From positions 1 to 37,208 of the forward strand of contig JBGCDR010000414.1 in assembly GCA_045105515.1 (NCBI GenBank): DNA of 37,208 nt, in the 5' to 3' direction. The DNA is from Oligoflexales bacterium. GTDB taxonomy: Bacteria > Bdellovibrionota_B > Oligoflexia > Oligoflexales > Bog-1112. The notes beneath the pieces were generated by a model, which saw only the letters and a list, made by a program, of their open reading frames with translations, made no database searches and was not told the DNA's origin. Shown here in pieces: positions 9,176-18,625 of this stretch. Made by a program: the position numbers and the translations under genes. How positions within the stretch are numbered: the first letter of the stretch is position 1; every line of letters starts with the position of its first letter.

Positions 9176-9985
9176 TTACTTCGCACTCTTTTTGTCTTCT
9201 TTCCATCTCAGTTGCTTCAAAACAAATTTTACTTCAAACTCCTCAAAAGGCTTGCTTATGAATAAGAGACAGCCTTCTTTACGAGCCAGAGACTCTTGGA
9301 CCTGGCTTGTTTGAGCACCGGTGATCATAATAAAAGGAATGTTTAGGTCATTTTTTTTAATATGTTTTATAATATCTAGCCCAGTTTTGCCACCTGCATG
9401 TAAATTTAGATCTGATAAGACGATATCGAATTTATCAGTTTCTAGATACTGTATTGCATCAGGGAAAGTAACTGCTAATGTACAGTCATATTCATCGCTT
9501 AACATATCGCATAAATATAAAGCAATCTCTGAATCATCATCGATGATTAAAACCTTTTTGCGAGATAGCTTTTTATTTGAATCGGTAGAAGCTTTTTCTT
9601 CGTTTTCTTCAAACATGAGGTTACAAAGAGTTTGCTTCCGCATTGAGGTGTCGGGCATGTAGTCAGGATTGCTATTAAGATCTTTTACCCATTGCTGCAA
9701 GAAATCACCAGTTTCGACCACATGTTGCATGACTGTATATGAAGTCTTTGTATTTTCATCATTTAAGTCAGATATGAGAATTTGAACTACACGTACCAAT
9801 TCAGAAAAGCGATGCAAATGTAACTGTTGTGATTTTTTGTCTAAGTTTTCTAATAGCTTTTCAAATGATGTGTAATTTGTCTTAGACGGATCATTTTCGA
9901 TTAGACCACATAAATCAATCCATTTGCTAAGCATATCTTTAGCTTGTTCAATAAATTGTTCTAGCTTAGGTGTTCTTTCCATCAT
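9176..9985 (-). CDS. Degenerate Hpt (CheA P1-like) domain fused to a response-regulator receiver
   Basis: C-terminal REC (VLIIDDD, DIVLSD, MITG, FISKPF). N-terminal helices follow the CheA P1 pattern. Start is uncertain (9982/9985/10003). Confidence 0.8.
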   Translation of the reverse strand: MMERTPKLEQFIEQAKDMLSKWIDLCGLIENDPSKTNYTSFEKLLENLDKKSQQLHLHRFSELVRVVQILISDLNDENTKTSYTVMQHVVETGDFLQQWVKDLNSNPDYMPDTSMRKQTLCNLMFEENEEKASTDSNKKLSRKKVLIIDDDSEIALYLCDMLSDEYDCTLAVTFPDAIQYLETDKFDIVLSDLNLHAGGKTGLDIIKHIKKNDLNIPFIMITGAQTSQVQESLARKEGCLLFISKPFEEFEVKFVLKQLRWKEDKKSAK

Positions 9986-10140
9986 TTCTAGCCCTGTAGC
10001 CATAAAAATTGCTATGTTTAAATATAACAATTTAGAAGCAAAATATGAAGTATTGTCCAAAGATTAAAGCTATCATTCCGATTGAAATCGGGGCCAATTG
10101 TAATCTCTCTATTCGTGGTCGAAATCGCCGGGTTTTATGA

Positions 10141-10947
10141 TTACTGGTTAAATAGTGGAAATGATCCTGCTAGATCCAATTTAAAATCTTTTATTTGCTT
10201 AGCGAGTCTGCAATCTAAGAATTCAGTTTTTTTCATTTCATCGCTTTGAAAAAAACTGAAAGGAACCGGTATAGGAATAGTCAACAGATTTAGCTGACAC
10301 TCACCGGCAAGCACACTTTCAATGACACCATGTCCGAAAACAACAAATTCAATATTTGGTTTAAGAATCAGCGCAGATTTTTTTTCAATATTTCGACTTT
10401 TTAAAGATGCAGAAACCGATTCTAGTTCCTCAGGCAAGCAAGCTAAGAGAGCACCACCTTCGTCAAGTGATGTAAGTAAATCTTCCTCAGAGGTGCGATA
10501 ATGTGAGGCACGCAAGGTGCGGTTTGTACCTCTACTAGTATAAAAACGGTGATGCAAGGACCATTTACTTTCTGCAAAACTAAGCCAAATATTAAAGTTA
10601 AAAAAATCATGCCAATTCTGAGGCCTAGTAGGCACTCTCTGTTCAAGGATGATTGACTCCACATAGGTGTCTACGAGGGTTTTGTTCTGTTTTCGGAGCT
10701 TCTCTCGCAGCTTTCTTCGTGATCTTTGTCCTATTGCAAGCTGTTCGCTAAAGCTGATATTTTGGTTAAAATCGGGGCGCTTACTTTTTTGCCAAACCTT
10801 TTGATAGTCATTTACAGAGGGCCAGTGATGCCAATGTCTGAACTTCTGAAAACTCCATGCGCTTGCCCCCATAAATGCAAGTTGCTCAGCTGTTAGTAAA
10901 GACCAGGGCTCAGTATATTTTTTGATTGCGTCTTTAGGAGTTGGCAT
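10141..10947 (-). CDS. DUF3025 domain-containing protein
   Basis: VPTR..NWHDFFN..IW..F..SK..L, LT.LDEGG and FGH...E motifs. ATG at 10947 overlaps the upstream radical SAM stop. Confidence 0.8.
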   Translation of the reverse strand: MPTPKDAIKKYTEPWSLLTAEQLAFMGASAWSFQKFRHWHHWPSVNDYQKVWQKSKRPDFNQNISFSEQLAIGQRSRRKLREKLRKQNKTLVDTYVESIILEQRVPTRPQNWHDFFNFNIWLSFAESKWSLHHRFYTSRGTNRTLRASHYRTSEEDLLTSLDEGGALLACLPEELESVSASLKSRNIEKKSALILKPNIEFVVFGHGVIESVLAGECQLNLLTIPIPVPFSFFQSDEMKKTEFLDCRLAKQIKDFKLDLAGSFPLFNQ

Positions 10948-11953
10948 ATTTTTTATTTTGTAGCTCGTCTTGCAGGGGCTTGGTAACTGCACTGAGGCTT
11001 GGCCAGAATTCTTGCTTGACATTTTCTTTTAAGAAAGTCAGATACTCATTCTTAGCTTCCTTGTTAAGAAGAGAGAGAGATTCCTGCTGAGATGGGTCAT
11101 AAAATGCGTGCTGAAACTGGGCCTGAGCTTCAATTTGTTGACAAAAATCAAGAAATTCTGGCACCTCATGGCGGTTGCTTTTTAGCACACACATTGAAAT
11201 GATAAATGTGAAGTCATTGCCAAATGTTTCTTGATAATTTTTCCTGAATTTAACGAAATCTTGGATTGTCTTCAAAGTTTGCATAAGGTCTCCACCTTTG
11301 CGGATGTGCTGATAAGTACATGGCTTGAGGCTATCGAGGCTAATCTGTATCTGCTTTAGATTCAGTTGGTTAAGAGTTTTTTCGAGTTTCTTGGTGAAAT
11401 TGTAATGGGCGTTTGTGACAAAGGACCAACGGCAATTTTTATTGCTGGTATTTACGGCATGAATGAGTTTATAGGTGTCTTTTTGAATAAAAGGTTCCCC
11501 ACCAAGGACTTCTATTTCTTTAAGGAAGGGAAAAACTTCTTTGGGACCCTGTTCCCAAAAAGATGTTTGGTTGTATGTAGCATTGGGTGCTTTCCATACG
11601 TCGCACATGATGCAAGAGAGATTACATTGTCCGTTTAATCGCAGGTCAAGTTTACGGGGTGGAGCAGTTTGCTTAAACCTTCGTTCAACAGAAGCATCTA
11701 GCTCTTCAAAGAAGCGATTGCATCCCAAGTATTTTATTTTTGATTTACACTGCTTAGGAGTCGAGCTAAGAAATTCGCTTCGCATTTTTTGTATTGGCTT
11801 ATCGTTCCAAATGTCTAGGAGTGATTTTTCTTTTAGGTTTCCTAGTTTCACATGGTAGAGATAACAGCAGGGACTGACATTACCATCTGGTTTTAACACC
11901 AGTTGAGAGAAAGGTGCTGAACAAAAGCTATTATTTTCGGCTTTTTTCTTCAT
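10934..11953 (-). CDS. Radical SAM protein with N-terminal SPASM/twitch-like domain
   Basis: CNLSCIMC (CxxxCxxC), GGEPF, TN, ISLDS; N-terminal C..PF......DG.V.PCC...LGN....L..IWN. Confidence 0.9.
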   Translation of the reverse strand: MKKKAENNSFCSAPFSQLVLKPDGNVSPCCYLYHVKLGNLKEKSLLDIWNDKPIQKMRSEFLSSTPKQCKSKIKYLGCNRFFEELDASVERRFKQTAPPRKLDLRLNGQCNLSCIMCDVWKAPNATYNQTSFWEQGPKEVFPFLKEIEVLGGEPFIQKDTYKLIHAVNTSNKNCRWSFVTNAHYNFTKKLEKTLNQLNLKQIQISLDSLKPCTYQHIRKGGDLMQTLKTIQDFVKFRKNYQETFGNDFTFIISMCVLKSNRHEVPEFLDFCQQIEAQAQFQHAFYDPSQQESLSLLNKEAKNEYLTFLKENVKQEFWPSLSAVTKPLQDELQNKKYANS

Positions 11954-12061
11954 TCTTTTCCATTTGCTTAAAGCTATTCAGCTTAGGCCTATTCAGCAAA
12001 GGAGCATACCAAAAAACTAGTGGATTGCGATCAAATTTTATCAGAAATTTTGTGGTCAAGC

Positions 12062-13153
12062 TCAGTTGATGATCTTGCTTGCTTCGATTTGACTTTCCAC
12101 GGCTTCTCTCAAGGGAAGGAGGCTGGAGACAAATTTATCCATTTCGCGATCGGACATGCCAAGGTAAATTTGGTAAGATACGAAGCGTTCTTTATCGATC
12201 CTATGAGGTGTGAGGTTGACCCAGTGGGCTAGCATGCAGGCAAAGCCGACACACTCGTATGGCCTCAGAAAGGTGGGGTCTTTTCTTACCCTGTGAAAAG
12301 GCTTGTGGTGCAAGAGTATAGATTGGCGTATTTCTGCTGGTAGCCCCCAGCTAACCGCAGCAATATCACCAAGATTTAAATGGCTTTTAGCATTGATCTG
12401 TTCTTCAGCTTTGATCCATGTAGTCATGGTTTTGCGGTTTGACAGTAATTCAAATATTGCATCAGTTTCCTTTTCGTAGCATAAGGCACCAACAAGTTTG
12501 CCGATATTGCATAAACACCCACTGAGGTAGGCAAGATCAACTTCTGGGTTTTTGGCATAACGTAAACAAACGACTTCAGATATTAGACCAGTCAAGATAG
12601 CCTCTTGCCAGAAATCATGCAGCTTATAATGTTTGCAATTAAATTTAAAGCTCTGGAGGGTTGCGGTTAAAGCCAAATTGCAGATTGTCGGCCTACCCAA
12701 ATAGGAAACAGCATGTTCAAGTTTCTTAATAGCTCCTTGGGCAGTCTTAATATTATTTGCCATAGACAAGACTTCTGTGGCTAGTACGGGAGTTTTTCTA
12801 AGGATGCCTGCGATTTGGTTTGAAGATACCTGCGGATTTCTGATCTGTTGTTGCAGCTTCATAAGTCCGCCTGGAAGCTGCGGGATTTTGCTCATAGCTT
12901 CAGAATCTTCAAAGATAGGAATACTTGTTGGCTCTAAGGACAATTTTGGTGAGTACCAACTGTAACTACCTTTTTTTAAGGCTAAAGTAGACCCGCATTG
13001 GCATTCAAACCATAAATAGCCTACTGTGCATATACGCCAACTTCGGCCATTTTCCATGTAGTCGGCAGGGGTAAAGTAATTGCGAGCACACACCTTGCAA
13101 GTCTTACTTGCGACTTGACTAGAAGGATCAGCAAATTCGTTGGTCTGGTCCAT
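12062..13153 (-). CDS. HDOD-domain protein with N-terminal Cys-rich (putative Zn-binding) domain
   Basis: HDOD pattern IPQLP, P.LA..VL..AN, AV.YLG, AYL.G.L.NIGK, H..LG......WGLP..I...I..HH; N-terminal CKVC...C...CQCGSTL. Confidence 0.85.
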   Translation of the reverse strand: MDQTNEFADPSSQVASKTCKVCARNYFTPADYMENGRSWRICTVGYLWFECQCGSTLALKKGSYSWYSPKLSLEPTSIPIFEDSEAMSKIPQLPGGLMKLQQQIRNPQVSSNQIAGILRKTPVLATEVLSMANNIKTAQGAIKKLEHAVSYLGRPTICNLALTATLQSFKFNCKHYKLHDFWQEAILTGLISEVVCLRYAKNPEVDLAYLSGCLCNIGKLVGALCYEKETDAIFELLSNRKTMTTWIKAEEQINAKSHLNLGDIAAVSWGLPAEIRQSILLHHKPFHRVRKDPTFLRPYECVGFACMLAHWVNLTPHRIDKERFVSYQIYLGMSDREMDKFVSSLLPLREAVESQIEASKIIN

Positions 13154-13211
13154 GGCAACGTGTCATCATCAATTGCTATTGAAATATAATGCTGAGAAGC
13201 TAATTATTATT

Positions 13212-13904
13212 CTACCCATTATCACTTGCGGTTGGCAAGCGGTCACGATAAACCTTACATTCAGTTTCCCAAGAGGGAATCTGGTCACAGACCCAATTGC
13301 ATAGTAATCGGTTTTGTTCGCCTTCATTCAGTAGGTAGCGATCAGCTGGTAATTCAGCTCTGGCTCGGTGACTAAGATGCTGCATTGCTATAGCTGCACT
13401 GACAGAGATATTGAGGCTTTCTACAACACCAAACATGGGGATGGTAAAGTAAAGGTCTATTTGCTGCTTCCACTCAGGTGAAACCCCTTCGTGCTCATTG
13501 CCAAACAATACTGCAACAGGGTTGCTTAAATCCATATCGTGGAGTGCCGAAGAAGATTGTGAAGGCATGCCCGCAGCAATGGAATAGCCCAGTTCGTGGA
13601 GGGTGTTGGCACAGTCTTCGATGGATTCATGCTTGTGGATACTAAGCCAGTTTCCTGCACCACGGGCTACTGTAGAAGTCTTGAAACTATTTTTTAAGGC
13701 TACAACATGGACATTTTGGATTCCAAAGGCTTCTGCTGACCTAATACAAGCTGAGATATTATGCGGGTTATGAACATCTTGAATGATTAAGCGTAGATGT
13801 TTAGTCCTTTGTCTTGCCACTTCCTGCATTTTCATACTGCGCCTAGGGGTCAGGCGCCCTGAAAGTAGCTTCCATGCATCTTCTGGGTATATTCTCTCGC
13901 TCAT
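13212..13904 (-). CDS. trmH: SpoU/TrmH-family RNA methyltransferase, probable tRNA Gm18 2'-O-methyltransferase
   Basis: DV.NPHN.SA..RS.EAFG, LFGNE..GVS, IPM.G.VESLNISVSA. Confidence 0.9.
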   Translation of the reverse strand: MSERIYPEDAWKLLSGRLTPRRSMKMQEVARQRTKHLRLIIQDVHNPHNISACIRSAEAFGIQNVHVVALKNSFKTSTVARGAGNWLSIHKHESIEDCANTLHELGYSIAAGMPSQSSSALHDMDLSNPVAVLFGNEHEGVSPEWKQQIDLYFTIPMFGVVESLNISVSAAIAMQHLSHRARAELPADRYLLNEGEQNRLLCNWVCDQIPSWETECKVYRDRLPTASDNG

Positions 13905-14897
13905 TTAACTACCTGCCTCAGCTACTATTGCCTCTTGCCCCTCTGCTTTAGGCTGCTCGGAGACTTGGTTTACTTTCTTCTGTGGCCGGGATTTAGGTTT
14001 TAAGTTTTTCCGATGTGAAGAGCTGCCAAACTTTTCTTCCCGCGCAAGCTCTTTGAGTTCCTCTCTATATTCTTCCGATACATCATCTTTTGCAGCTATT
14101 AGTGGCCCAGATTTAGTGAGTTCTAAGGCCTGTGATACTAATGCACCTAAGTTTTCAGGTAGCTCTGTCTGTCCTTTTTCCTTACAAACCCAAGTTGATA
14201 ACATTTTAAGAGCAAGTTCCCAATTGCTGTTGCGATCGGCAATCAGATCCTTTTGACCCTTTATGATATTGTAAAGGTGATTGTATTGATTGATTTTGCT
14301 CTTTGCTTTCTTCAAGGCGTGAGGATCAACTTTTCTGAGCTCATCAATAGCCTTCTTCAATTTATTTTCTTTAGTTTTTAGTTTGTTTTCCAAGTTTCTA
14401 ACTTTGCCACCTGCATTTTTAATTTGCTCGTGCAAAGGTGTGGTTTCTTGCTCTATTCGATGTTTAAAGTCCTTCTCGAGATCTATTAATTGCAAGCGAT
14501 ACTCTTTCTTTTCCTGGTCAATTTCTTGGAGCTGCCCCAAAAGTGCTTCCGCTTGGGTCTTAAAGTGCTCTACTTTGCCATGAAGTTTTTGCTCCTGATT
14601 TTCTTTCTCGGTAATGGTGTTCTCTAGTTCTATTATTTTGGACTGCAGGCGGGTATGTTTTTGATCTAAGTCTTTTTCAAGTTTGCTAATGAGCTTATGC
14701 TTTTCTTGCAACTGACTTTGCTGAGCCTTCTGTCCAGCTGACCATTTGCTCTCCTTTTTCTTGAGCTCTGATAATTCTTGCTCTTGTTGGCTTTTCTGGA
14801 TATTCGCTTCGTTTGCTTTCTTCCATTGCAAGAATGCAAAGAAAATTGAAGCTGCTGCCAGCGTGTAACCAAGTATTGTGATCGCTATCTGATCCAT
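13905..14897 (-). CDS. Membrane-anchored coiled-coil hypothetical protein
   Basis: N-terminal TM (about residues 4-24) and a long K/E/Q-rich heptad region; stop abuts the trmH start. Confidence 0.8.
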   Translation of the reverse strand: MDQIAITILGYTLAAASIFFAFLQWKKANEANIQKSQQEQELSELKKKESKWSAGQKAQQSQLQEKHKLISKLEKDLDQKHTRLQSKIIELENTITEKENQEQKLHGKVEHFKTQAEALLGQLQEIDQEKKEYRLQLIDLEKDFKHRIEQETTPLHEQIKNAGGKVRNLENKLKTKENKLKKAIDELRKVDPHALKKAKSKINQYNHLYNIIKGQKDLIADRNSNWELALKMLSTWVCKEKGQTELPENLGALVSQALELTKSGPLIAAKDDVSEEYREELKELAREEKFGSSSHRKNLKPKSRPQKKVNQVSEQPKAEGQEAIVAEAGS

Positions 14898-14973
14898 ACC
14901 GCCTTAACCTCCGCAAATATTATGAATTTGCCGAAAAATGTTATAATTCCATCCAACTTGTATCCAAGGGCAT

Positions 14974-16428
14974 TTAAGAAACTGTTACATCCCTTTGAAC
15001 TCCAAGTTTCCGCATAAGCCGATGTAAGTACGCTCTTTCGAGACACAAAAGCCTAGCAGCTTCACTAACATTCCCCTTAGCTTTGCGCAAAACATATTTT
15101 AAATAGAGTTTACCCGCTGACTGATGAAAGTCATGCCAGGCCAATAAATCACAAGAATATTCGAAGCTTTGTTCCTGATGAAGGACCCTTGTTTCCAAGG
15201 GTTCTGGGGTATGATCCTTCGGAAAAGAAACTGGAAGGTCTTCAAGCTCATTAATCACCTGATCTTCACTTAAAATTGCCGCTCTCTCGATGAAGTTCTT
15301 TAATTCTCGGACATTTCCTTGCCATGGGCATTCCATCAGTTGCCGAAGGGCTCCTTCTGAGAACTGGAGGTCACCAAGTGAGTGCTCTTTACAAGATTCC
15401 CGCAGAAAAGCTTCGGCTAAAATGGGGATGTCTGTTTTGCGTTCTCGTAATGGGGACACATGCAAGCTGACTACATTGAGTCGGTAGAAAAGGTCTTCAC
15501 GAAAATCATTGTTTTTTACCATTTCCTCTAAGTTACGGTTAGTTGCGGCTATCAAGCGAACGTCGGTCTTAATGGTTTGTTCACTTCCTACTCGAGATAG
15601 CTCGCCACATTGAAGAACTCTAAGAAGTTTTGCTTGGACACCCAGGTCTAATTCTCCCACTTCATCAAGAAATAGAGTGGCATCATGAGCACGCTCAAAA
15701 ACTCCCTTTCTTGTTTTTATAGCTCCAGTGAATGCTCCCTTCTCATGGCCAAACAGCTCACTCTCAATTAAGTTTTCTGGTATCGCGGCACAATTAATCT
15801 TTACCAAGCTTCGATTCGAACGCTCTGATAAGCGGTGGATTTCTTTCGCGACTAGTTCTTTACCCGTGCCACTCTCTCCCATGATAAGTACCCGACCATT
15901 TGTTGGAGCTACTTTCTTGATGGTGCCAAGTAAAGCCTTAATTTTAGGAGCATTTCCTAGTAATATCTGTTCATTTGCGAGCTTTTCTTTTAATCGCTTA
16001 TGATCAGAGCGAATGCGATTGAAATCGATACAACGCTCAGCGCTGACGATGATTCTCTCAGGGGTAAAGGGTTTTTCTATGTAGTCAAAAGCCCCGAGTT
16101 GAGTCGCTTGGTATGCGTCACTGATGGTACCCTCACCAGAAATCATGATTACTTTACTAGCAATTCCATATTCAGATAACTGTTTTAAGATTGTTAAGCC
16201 GCTTCCGTCTGGAAGTCTGATATCTAATAAAATAAGGTCGTAAAGTAGATGGTCCTGGTAGGCTTTCTTGGGCCCTAGCATTTCAAGTGCTTTAGCACAA
16301 TTTTCTGCCTCAGCAATGATTGCGCCTTCATTTTCTAACGCCATAATAAGAGAAGCACGAATATTTTTGTGATCATCAATTACGAGGATCTTACTTCCTT
16401 CTATATTACTGTTCTGCTTCTGGATCAT
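14974..16428 (-). CDS. Sigma54-dependent response regulator (NtrX/NtrC family; REC-AAA-Fis HTH)
   Basis: LVIDD/LLD receiver, GESGTGKE, GAFTGA, LFLDEV, W.GNVREL, GNVSEAAR HTH. AAGGA RBS before ATG 16428; alternative TTG at 16458. Confidence 0.95.
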   Translation of the reverse strand: MIQKQNSNIEGSKILVIDDHKNIRASLIMALENEGAIIAEAENCAKALEMLGPKKAYQDHLLYDLILLDIRLPDGSGLTILKQLSEYGIASKVIMISGEGTISDAYQATQLGAFDYIEKPFTPERIIVSAERCIDFNRIRSDHKRLKEKLANEQILLGNAPKIKALLGTIKKVAPTNGRVLIMGESGTGKELVAKEIHRLSERSNRSLVKINCAAIPENLIESELFGHEKGAFTGAIKTRKGVFERAHDATLFLDEVGELDLGVQAKLLRVLQCGELSRVGSEQTIKTDVRLIAATNRNLEEMVKNNDFREDLFYRLNVVSLHVSPLRERKTDIPILAEAFLRESCKEHSLGDLQFSEGALRQLMECPWQGNVRELKNFIERAAILSEDQVINELEDLPVSFPKDHTPEPLETRVLHQEQSFEYSCDLLAWHDFHQSAGKLYLKYVLRKAKGNVSEAARLLCLERAYLHRLMRKLGVQRDVTVS

Positions 16429-16454
16429 AGAGTCCTTTCTCTTGACCTGTTTGT

Positions 16455-17993
16455 TCAAGAAATTCTTTTTGATTCATTTTTAAAGTCGGCATTTTTTGGT
16501 AGGCTAAGTCTAAAAGAGGTTGAACCTGGCTTGCTTTCCACTGAAATTTCACCACCGTGATCAAGTACGATTTTTAAACAAATTGACAGCCCTAGACCCA
16601 TTCCTGGTGTTGGACCAGTATGATTGGTGGTGAAATAAGCTTCAAAAATCCGACTTTTAATGTCTGCAGGAATTCCTGGTCCATTATCATTTACAAAAAC
16701 GAAATAGTAGTGACTTTTTTCCTCGATATTCACTGTAATTTCTGAGGGTTTGTTGCCACAGGCTTGCGCAGCGTTCTTGCTTAGGTTGAGTAGTACTTGG
16801 CGAATTAATTTTTCGTCTATATAAGCAATTGCCTTTTTAACGTTTGGCTCAAAAATAAATTTGTGATGAGGATAAGCAGCAGATTGTAAATCCAAAGTAT
16901 TGCTAATGATGGGGACTAAATCAGCTGGGGACTGCCTTGGCTCTGGGAGTCTAGCAAAGTTCGAAAAATGATCCACCATGTACCTTAGGCTTGTAACCTC
17001 TTCAGTAATAATATTTTGCGCTTTTTCCAGTATCACTCTAAATTTAGGGTCTTCACCTTTGTAAGAACGTGCTAACTGTGAAACCATCATTTGAATCGGC
17101 GTTAAGGGGTTTTTTATCTCATGGGCTAGCTTGCGAGCAATAACTTGTCAAGAAGCCACCTTTTCGAGATAAAGCGTTTTCTGGCGGGTAGTTTCAATAT
17201 CTCTCGCCATGGCATTAAATTGCTTTGCAATGAGTCCTAGTTCTCCAGGTAAGCGATCATTGAATCGGAAGTTAAAGTCATTTGCTCGCCATGATTGAAA
17301 ACCAGTCAAAATAGTCTGAAGATTTTTCTGTAGACGATTGGTAAATACGAAAACAGTCAGACCTAATAAGAGGAAACTGACAAGTAGGACGACAACATTT
17401 TGCTTAATCAGGGTTGAACGAATAGTTAGGAATAGCTCTGTTCCCAATAAATGATAACGTTGTCTTACTTCTTTTGCAGTATTGAAAGAATCGAATAGGG
17501 CTCCCTTAGGAAAAGAAACTATAAAATTTAGGATCTGAAGTTCCTCCTTTCCAAGCCATTTAATTGCTTCCTCTTTTTTATTATCTAAACTATATGAAGA
17601 AGCAATTTGACTGATCATGACTTGTTCAAATTTGGGAATTAACCCTTTGCCGATTGTGTTTACCCATGTTTGGATCCCAATTTTGGAAAGGTTTTTATGC
17701 TCAGATCCTACCCAGGCATTGACAAAAGGTGTGAGTTTCTCTTTGATGAGTAACTGCCTAAGCATGTGAACTTCTTTGATTCTCAGAAGGTGTGCCTCTA
17801 AGGTCTTTTCAATCTCATCATCGTGTACGAGCTTGGTTAGTATATTAACATTGTGGACTCCAATAAATACATTACTCATGATACCTAAGAATAAGATTGT
17901 GGAAACAATCAGAGCGACAGGTGTAATTAGAGATTGATGCCATTTTATTTGTAGCTTAGGCCATTTGCCGATAACTTTATCCGATTTGCCCAT
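16455..17993 (-). pseudogene. NtrY-like membrane sensor histidine kinase (2 TM, HAMP, HisKA, HATPase) interrupted by in-frame TGA at 17148-17150
   Basis: The two ORFs share one frame: ...LEKVAS*QVIARKLAHEIKNPLTPIQMM..., followed by N, G1 (DNGPGI), F and G2 (GMGLGL) boxes. Confidence 0.9.
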
Positions 17994-18010
17994 TAGACCT
18001 TACCTAAATC

Positions 18011-18625
18011 TCAAGGGTTTGTTGGAGGAGGTGGAACTTGCAAGGATATTTTTGAGGTCTGAGTTAGGGTCATCTCCCCAAGCATATGAGAAAATAGACC
18101 TCGCATGACACTAGATTGCTGGTTTATTAGCCAAGCCTTAACTTTTTGTGCTTGTGTGCTAGATATCTGCTCAACTTGTAAAGTAGCAAGCAAGGTTCCT
18201 CCATTTTTCCTTAACTCGTCGACTAACTCATCACTGTTAATTTTGGCGCTAAGGCAGTGAGTTAAGTAAGTATCCAAGGTTTTTGCAATCATTGCTTTTG
18301 GAGGTTCGGTCAGTAGAGTCACTTCATAATGTTCTTCCCACATGTCATATTTTACCGTACATGCTGTCTGAGCTAATGATTGAGCATCTGGCGAAAGTAC
18401 AACATGGGAATTGAAAATTCTTAATTGGCTAAAGGTCGAAAATCCTGAATCGAGAGTTGTGGTTTGTTTATTGTTGAGCCCTAGAATTCTAATAAGAATG
18501 CTCGAGCTATGTTCACTTTTTTCCCATTTTATGGAAGCTCGGCTTCCTAACTTGCTTGCTAGTCCGGTGTAACTCGATGATTCTATAAATAGTATTAGAA
18601 CCAGTAAAACTCTTGAGAGTAGCAT
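18011..18625 (-). CDS. Exported protein, DUF4390-like
   Basis: Signal peptide, C.V.YD.W.E.Y motif, and position directly upstream of an NtrY-like kinase, where DUF4390 genes are commonly found. Confidence 0.55.
   Translation of the reverse strand: MLLSRVLLVLILFIESSSYTGLASKLGSRASIKWEKSEHSSSILIRILGLNNKQTTTLDSGFSTFSQLRIFNSHVVLSPDAQSLAQTACTVKYDMWEEHYEVTLLTEPPKAMIAKTLDTYLTHCLSAKINSDELVDELRKNGGTLLATLQVEQISSTQAQKVKAWLINQQSSVMRGLFSHMLGEMTLTQTSKISLQVPPPPTNP

Noticed and set aside
17148..17150. Genome-wide UGA=Trp/Gly recoding or selenocysteine as the explanation of the kinase TGA
   Set aside because: TGA ends complete genes here (e.g. 5821, 25008, and the ATGA overlap at 27408-27411), TGG is used for Trp throughout, and the position is a conserved Trp rather than a Cys.
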